NCBI GenBank assembly: GCA_963666315.2
Contig: CAXXHG010000047.1
Location: 32,001-96,000, forward strand
Direction of reading: 5' to 3'
Source of the DNA: Candidatus Binatia bacterium
Lineage (GTDB): Bacteria; Desulfobacterota; Binatia; Bin18
Length of the DNA: 64,000 nucleotides
The position numbers and the translations under genes were made by a program. Every line of letters begins with the position of its first letter. Position 1 is the stretch's first letter. The notes beneath the pieces are model-generated. The model was not told the DNA's origin, ran no database searches, and saw only the letters and a list, made by a program, of their open reading frames with translations. Below are positions 59,496 through 64,000 of the stretch, in pieces.

Positions 59496-59793
59496 ATGGC
59501 ATCGAATACTAACGAGCACATTCTCTTTCGCTTGAAGACCTGCGGACCGCAGACAGCAGAAGCGCTGGCCCAGCATCTCGAAATGACTCAGGTGGGAGCC
59601 CGTCAGCATTTGAATAAGCTGGCTGAACGCGCCTTAGTGACCTACCAGGACGCACGCGAGAACGTTGGCGGGCCAAAGCGCTATTGGTCGATTTCAGAGC
59701 ACGGTCAGAAGCGCTTTCCTGACACGCATGCCCAACTCACGCTAGAATTGATTCACTCAATTCGATCGGTGTTTGACGAGGAGGGTCTTGAGC
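59496..59793 (+). pseudogene. SufR/ArsR-like winged-HTH regulator, C-terminally truncated
   Basis: ILFRLKTCGPQTAEALAQHLEMTQVGARQHL...VGGPKRYW...FPDTHAQLT...FDEEGL, then similarity stops. Confidence 0.75.
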
Positions 59794-59919
59794 GATGCGG
59801 CGGGGGGCGGGAACTACCAGAATCTCATCAATGAGGCCCTCGTGGATCGTATCAAACAGAAATCGGTGCTTGACGCGGTAAGGAAAGTCGTTCGGGTGGA
59901 ATTACATCAGAGTGTGTAG
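59794..59919 (+). pseudogene. C-terminal fragment of a BrnA-family antitoxin
   Basis: Hand translation DAAGGGNYQNLINEALVDRIKQKSVLDAVRKVVRVELHQSV* carries the BrnA-type G.YQ..IN.AL motif. Confidence 0.65.
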
Positions 59920-59938
59920 GGGCGAGGTGTCCTCGCCC
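59916..59938. repeat. GTAG-type REP
   Basis: gtaggggcgaggtgtcctcgccc, similar to 36915-36937. Confidence 0.65.
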
Positions 59939-59958
59939 AGGTGTATGCAATACTCGTA

Positions 59959-62322
59959 TTACCTGGCATTCTCCGCCTCCCGCACCAGCCGAAACAATTT
60001 ATCCGGTGTGATCGGAATTTCGTTGATCTCAATTCCCAAGTGAGACAGCGCATCGGAGACGGCATTGGCGATTGCCGCAGGTGCGCCGATGGTGCCGCCT
60101 TCGCCCATGCCGCGAAAGCCGCCGAGCGTTGTGGGCGACGGCGTTTCAATATGATGCACTTCTATGGGCAGGAGTTCTGAGGCGGTTGGGACGAGGTAGT
60201 CTACCAGTGAGCCGGTCAGGAGTTGGCCTTGTTCGTCGTAGACGACTTCTTCGTACAGCGCCGCGCCGATGCCTTGGGCTACGCCGCCGCGGACCTGGCC
60301 GTCAACAATCAGCGGATTAATAATCCGTCCGCAGTCTTCGACAACGATGTAACGCTGGATTTTTACCGCATAGGTCTCTTTATCCACCTCGACGACGGTA
60401 ACATGTGTGGCGCTGGATGCCGTCCCGAAAAATGGATCGTAGAACCGCGTGACCTCTAGCCCGGGCTCCATATCTTCAGGCAGACGTCGGAGACCGGCGT
60501 AGGCCGTCTTAGCCACCTCACGAAAGGGAAGAGTGCGCTCCGGCTTGTCACACACGAAGACCAGACTGTCTTGCATATCGAGATCGGCCGGGTTGCTTTC
60601 CATCATATGGCCGGCGATTTTGAGCGCTTTCTCCTTGAGCGCCTGGCCCGCGCGTATAGCCGCTCCACCGGCCAACACCGCACTCCGGCTGGCATACGTT
60701 CCTGTGCCGTGGGGGGCGAGAGCCGTGTCCCCACAGATGACGCGCACGTCGTCCAAAGAAACGCCCAGCGCATCCGCGACAACCTGTGCCAAGGCGGTTT
60801 CATGCCCCTGGCCTTGGGGAGCAACGCTGAACGCTGCAGTCACGGTTCCTGACGGATCGACGCGAAGGAAAGCCGCCTCAGTGCCGGTAGAGATGGGCAT
60901 GCCGGGTGAGACGGGAATGGCTGAACCCACACCGGTAAGTTCAATATAGGTCGCAAATCCTATCCCGACCCAGCGACCCTCCGCTCGCGCTTGAATGCGC
61001 CATTGTTTCGTCGTGTAATAATCCAATACTTCCCGCGCTTTTTGCATGCACTCGGTCAGGCTGGCCTGATCCCACACCAGGCCGGACGGTGTTTTGTACG
61101 GGAATTCGTCGGCTTGGATATAATTCTTGAGCCGCAACTCGGCAGCGTCCATATTGAGTTTCCGGGCCGCCCGGTCCATGAGTCCTTCCAGCACGAATGT
61201 CGTGATCGGACGCCCCACGCCACGGTACGGCCCCATGGGTGCTTTACACGTCGCGACTCCTCGATTGCGTCCTCGGTAGTGTGGCATGCGGTACGGGCCC
61301 GACAGAAAGCTAATGGTCTGAATGGGCTCAACCGTCGCCGTCCAGGGATAAATTGAGTAAGCGCCGATATCTGTTGTGACGTCTGCTCTGAGTCCGACAA
61401 TTGTCCCGTCAGCCTGCAGGCCGAGTTCGGCATCAACGACCTCATCCCACGCCTGGGTCGTGGTCATGAGATCTTCGCGTCGGTCGCTGATCCATTTTAT
61501 TGGCCGTTCAAGCCGTCTTGTGACCGCACACAGGGTGATCTCTTCAGGATAGAGGGATGATTTTGCTCCAAAGCCGCCACCCACGTCGGCGGCCACAACA
61601 CGAATACAATGCTCGGGCATATCCAACAGGTCGGCCAAGGCATCTCGGAGCAAGCCTGGACATTGGGTAGCAGAGCGCAGCGTCAGCTCACTCGTGCCGG
61701 TATTGTAGTCGGCTAAGCAGCCCCGATTTTCCATACACACTGCGGCGTGCCGACGGAAGCGAAAGCGCGCGCGGACACGCACCGCCGCCGCCTCTACCGC
61801 TGCATCCACATCGCCTCGGGCAAATTCGCGAGACAAGAGGACGTTGCTGCCTGCGTCTTCATGCAAAACTGGTGCTTCGGGCCGGCTTGCTTCCTCCGCA
61901 TCAGCGACTGCGGGGAGAGGATCATACTCAACAACGATATGCTCTAGCGCATCTTCAGCCAGGTAGCGGCTCTCGGCCACGACGACTGCTACGGCCTCGC
62001 CGACGTGTCTCACCTTATCAATGGCCAGCGGCGGAAAACCGGTCTCTTTATATTCGCGCATCTTTGACGCCGCGCGAACCGGCTTGACCCAGCGCGCAAG
62101 TTCTTTGCCAGTGACCACGGCCACCACGCCCTCCAACGTTTGGGCTGCAGCTGGATCGAGCTGTGTGATACGTGCATGGGCACACGGGCTACGGAGAAAG
62201 GCCGCGTGGAGCATGCCCGGCGGATGATGATCGTCCACATACGCGCCCTGACCGGTCAGGAGGCGCCGGTCCTCCCTGCGTTTGACGCGCGCACCGACTA
62301 TCTTTGGCGTAAACTCTTCCAC
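59959..62322 (-). CDS. CoxL/CutL-like molybdopterin large subunit (not form I CODH)
   Basis: RREDRRLLTG, DVGGGFGAK, active-site loop PYRGVGR, QGQGHET, GTYASRS, GMGEGG. Confidence 0.93.
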   Translation of the reverse strand: MEEFTPKIVGARVKRREDRRLLTGQGAYVDDHHPPGMLHAAFLRSPCAHARITQLDPAAAQTLEGVVAVVTGKELARWVKPVRAASKMREYKETGFPPLAIDKVRHVGEAVAVVVAESRYLAEDALEHIVVEYDPLPAVADAEEASRPEAPVLHEDAGSNVLLSREFARGDVDAAVEAAAVRVRARFRFRRHAAVCMENRGCLADYNTGTSELTLRSATQCPGLLRDALADLLDMPEHCIRVVAADVGGGFGAKSSLYPEEITLCAVTRRLERPIKWISDRREDLMTTTQAWDEVVDAELGLQADGTIVGLRADVTTDIGAYSIYPWTATVEPIQTISFLSGPYRMPHYRGRNRGVATCKAPMGPYRGVGRPITTFVLEGLMDRAARKLNMDAAELRLKNYIQADEFPYKTPSGLVWDQASLTECMQKAREVLDYYTTKQWRIQARAEGRWVGIGFATYIELTGVGSAIPVSPGMPISTGTEAAFLRVDPSGTVTAAFSVAPQGQGHETALAQVVADALGVSLDDVRVICGDTALAPHGTGTYASRSAVLAGGAAIRAGQALKEKALKIAGHMMESNPADLDMQDSLVFVCDKPERTLPFREVAKTAYAGLRRLPEDMEPGLEVTRFYDPFFGTASSATHVTVVEVDKETYAVKIQRYIVVEDCGRIINPLIVDGQVRGGVAQGIGAALYEEVVYDEQGQLLTGSLVDYLVPTASELLPIEVHHIETPSPTTLGGFRGMGEGGTIGAPAAIANAVSDALSHLGIEINEIPITPDKLFRLVREAENAR

Positions 62323-62363
62323 CCTACTTCCTCAGTCCCAGAAATCCGCCCCGTACCAATAAA

Positions 62364-62419
62364 TCCCCTCTCGGGAGGGGTGGCGCGCCCGACCGGAGGT
62401 CGGCGGCCGGGGTGGGTTT
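62364..62419. repeat. Palindromic repeat of the same family as 37001-37111
   Basis: tcccctctcgggaggggtggcg...ggtcggcggccggggtgggttt is near-identical to the reverse complement of 37058-37111. Confidence 0.72.
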
Positions 62420-62436
62420 CTTATCTTGACCCATGC

Positions 62437-62928
62437 TCACCGACCATCCCCACGAGCCCTGAGTTTCTCCGCCGCCGCCTGAATAGCCTGGACTATCCCC
62501 TGATAGCCGGTACAGCGACACAGAACCGCGGATACGCCTGCGCGAATTTCTTCCTCGCTTGGTGTCGGGTTTGTTTGGAGTAGATCGTAGGCTGCCATCA
62601 GCATCCCTGGCGTGCAAAAGCCACACTGGAGTCCGTGGTGTTCCCAAAAGGCTGCTTGGAGTGGATGGAGCTTGCCATCTTCAGCAAGCCCCTCAACCGT
62701 CATCAACTCAGCCCCATTCGCCTGGACCGCCAGCATTAAGCACGAGCGAGCGGATTCACCGTTGACGAGAATAGTACACGCTCCGCAGATGCCATGTTCA
62801 CAGCCCACGTGTGAGCCAGTCAGACCCAGATCTTCACGCAGAAAATCAACCAGCAGTTTGCGCGGTTCAACCTGTCCGCTGTGCACCGTACCGTTGATCG
62901 TAAGCGTGATCTGTCTTCTCTCGCTCAT
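62437..62928 (-). CDS. CoxS/CutS-like 2x[2Fe-2S] subunit
   Basis: GSHVGCEHGICGACT, QCGFCTPG, LCRCTGY. Confidence 0.95.
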   Translation of the reverse strand: MSERRQITLTINGTVHSGQVEPRKLLVDFLREDLGLTGSHVGCEHGICGACTILVNGESARSCLMLAVQANGAELMTVEGLAEDGKLHPLQAAFWEHHGLQCGFCTPGMLMAAYDLLQTNPTPSEEEIRAGVSAVLCRCTGYQGIVQAIQAAAEKLRARGDGR

Positions 62929-63800
62929 GTCTTTCGCTCCCGTCCGCGTTCAATAGCCCGCTTAATCGCGCGGCGAGTCAGCACTTGGGTTAAATGCCGC
63001 CGAAAGTCGGCTGACGCATGGATATCGCTATCAGGTTCGACGAGTTCGGCTGCTTTGGTTGAGGTGCTCTGAATAGCCTGGTCAGTGATTCCCTCTTGCA
63101 TAAGAATGTCTTCTGCTGCGCGTAACCGGATCGGTGTTGGGCCGACTCCAGCAGCAGCCAAACGCGCTGTCCGACACTGTTCGCCATCCGTATCAATTAC
63201 TGCCGCAACTCCGACAACAGCGAAGTCCCCATGCCGCCGGGCAAACTCTTCAAACGCCCAGCCGCTGGTTGGAGGGGAAGGGGAAAAGCGGACTTCAGTT
63301 AAGACTTCGTTCGGTGCGAGTGCAGTGGTGAGATAGCTCACAAAAAACTCTTCAGCGGATAAAATTCTCGTACCGCTTGGTCCCTGAATGACCAATTCAG
63401 CGTCTAAGGCCACTGCCACTGTTGGATACTCTGCTGCAGGATCAGCATGGGCCAGACTCCCGCCTATGGTGCCGCGCGTACGGATGGGGAGATGACCGAC
63501 GAGTGTTGTTGCCTCATACAGGAGCGGAAGCTGGCTGTGAATCAGTTCTGAAAACTCAATCGTTCTCTGCCGGGTTAACGCGCCGATACGGATCTGTCCG
63601 TCTTTTTGCTGAATATATGAAAGGGCCGCCACGCGGTTGACATCGATCAGAGCAGCCGGATAAGTCAGGCGGAAGTTCAACAGCGGCATAAGGCTCTGCC
63701 CGCCCGCCAGCACCTTGGCCTCGTCTCCATAGCGTTGGAGCAGATCCAGCGTCTCTTCGATGCTGGTTGGAGCGTGGTAGTCAAAAGGCGGCGGCTTCAT
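62925..63800 (-). CDS. CoxM/CutM-like FAD-binding subunit
   Basis: MKPPPFDYHAP, LAGGQSLMPLLNFRL, RGTIGGSLAHADPAAE, RRHGDFA. Confidence 0.95.
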   Translation of the reverse strand: MKPPPFDYHAPTSIEETLDLLQRYGDEAKVLAGGQSLMPLLNFRLTYPAALIDVNRVAALSYIQQKDGQIRIGALTRQRTIEFSELIHSQLPLLYEATTLVGHLPIRTRGTIGGSLAHADPAAEYPTVAVALDAELVIQGPSGTRILSAEEFFVSYLTTALAPNEVLTEVRFSPSPPTSGWAFEEFARRHGDFAVVGVAAVIDTDGEQCRTARLAAAGVGPTPIRLRAAEDILMQEGITDQAIQSTSTKAAELVEPDSDIHASADFRRHLTQVLTRRAIKRAIERGRERKT

Positions 63801-64000
63801 CTCTCTGGCTTGTATCCGGCCCGCTGAAGGTGGTAAAGGGTGCGCAGAGATTGAAAAAACGATGACACGCAAAATAGGGCACATTGTAACCTTTTTAACC
63901 TAACTGATGCATTCCATCCGATCGTATATCGCGACGGGGAGCCGCTCTCGTTAGATGACTTTCGATGATATCGACATGGTTATCGCGATAGACGAAACAG

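Noticed and set aside
1-64000. CRISPR array, tRNA, rRNA or intact IS/integrase
   Set aside because: No regularly spaced repeat-spacer series, cloverleaf/T-loop signature or transposase motif was seen by eye
63900-64000. Possible 3' end of an upstream minus-strand gene
   Set aside because: Too short to identify frame or family

Overview
Bacterial chromosomal window, mostly about 55-60% GC by eye and gene-dense. The gene repertoire includes LLM flavin/F420 oxidoreductases, CoA transferases, crotonases, three xanthine-dehydrogenase-family molybdoenzyme large subunits and an adenylate-cyclase/AAA/TPR protein. This mix resembles Candidatus Binatia/Tectomicrobia-type organisms (inference only). 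Main blocks: an acyl-CoA catabolic cluster; an ECF sigma/anti-sigma/periplasmic-protein triad with a self-type promoter; coaE; ribE; an ADP-forming acyl-CoA synthetase; pcs; mltA; a molybdenum hydroxylase locus (xdhC-mocA-M-S-L1-moaD-L2); a complete group-2 mrp Na+/H+ antiporter operon; and a second M-S-L molybdoenzyme operon. I saw no rRNA, tRNA, CRISPR array or intact transposase. The most notable observations are: (i) a hidden 52-aa protein with its own RBS that resembles the mitochondrial ATP synthase inhibitor IF1; (ii) a close bacterial look-alike of human BPHL/valacyclovirase; (iii) tandem paralogous catalytic Mo subunits sharing one M/S pair, divergent from a lysine-less LplA-like + HEAT pair; (iv) a sigma54-driven small-protein cluster; (v) a 1.5-kb phage-like/structured-RNA island; (vi) several families of REP-like palindromes; and (vii) many frameshifts and gene fragments, from decay or long-read error.
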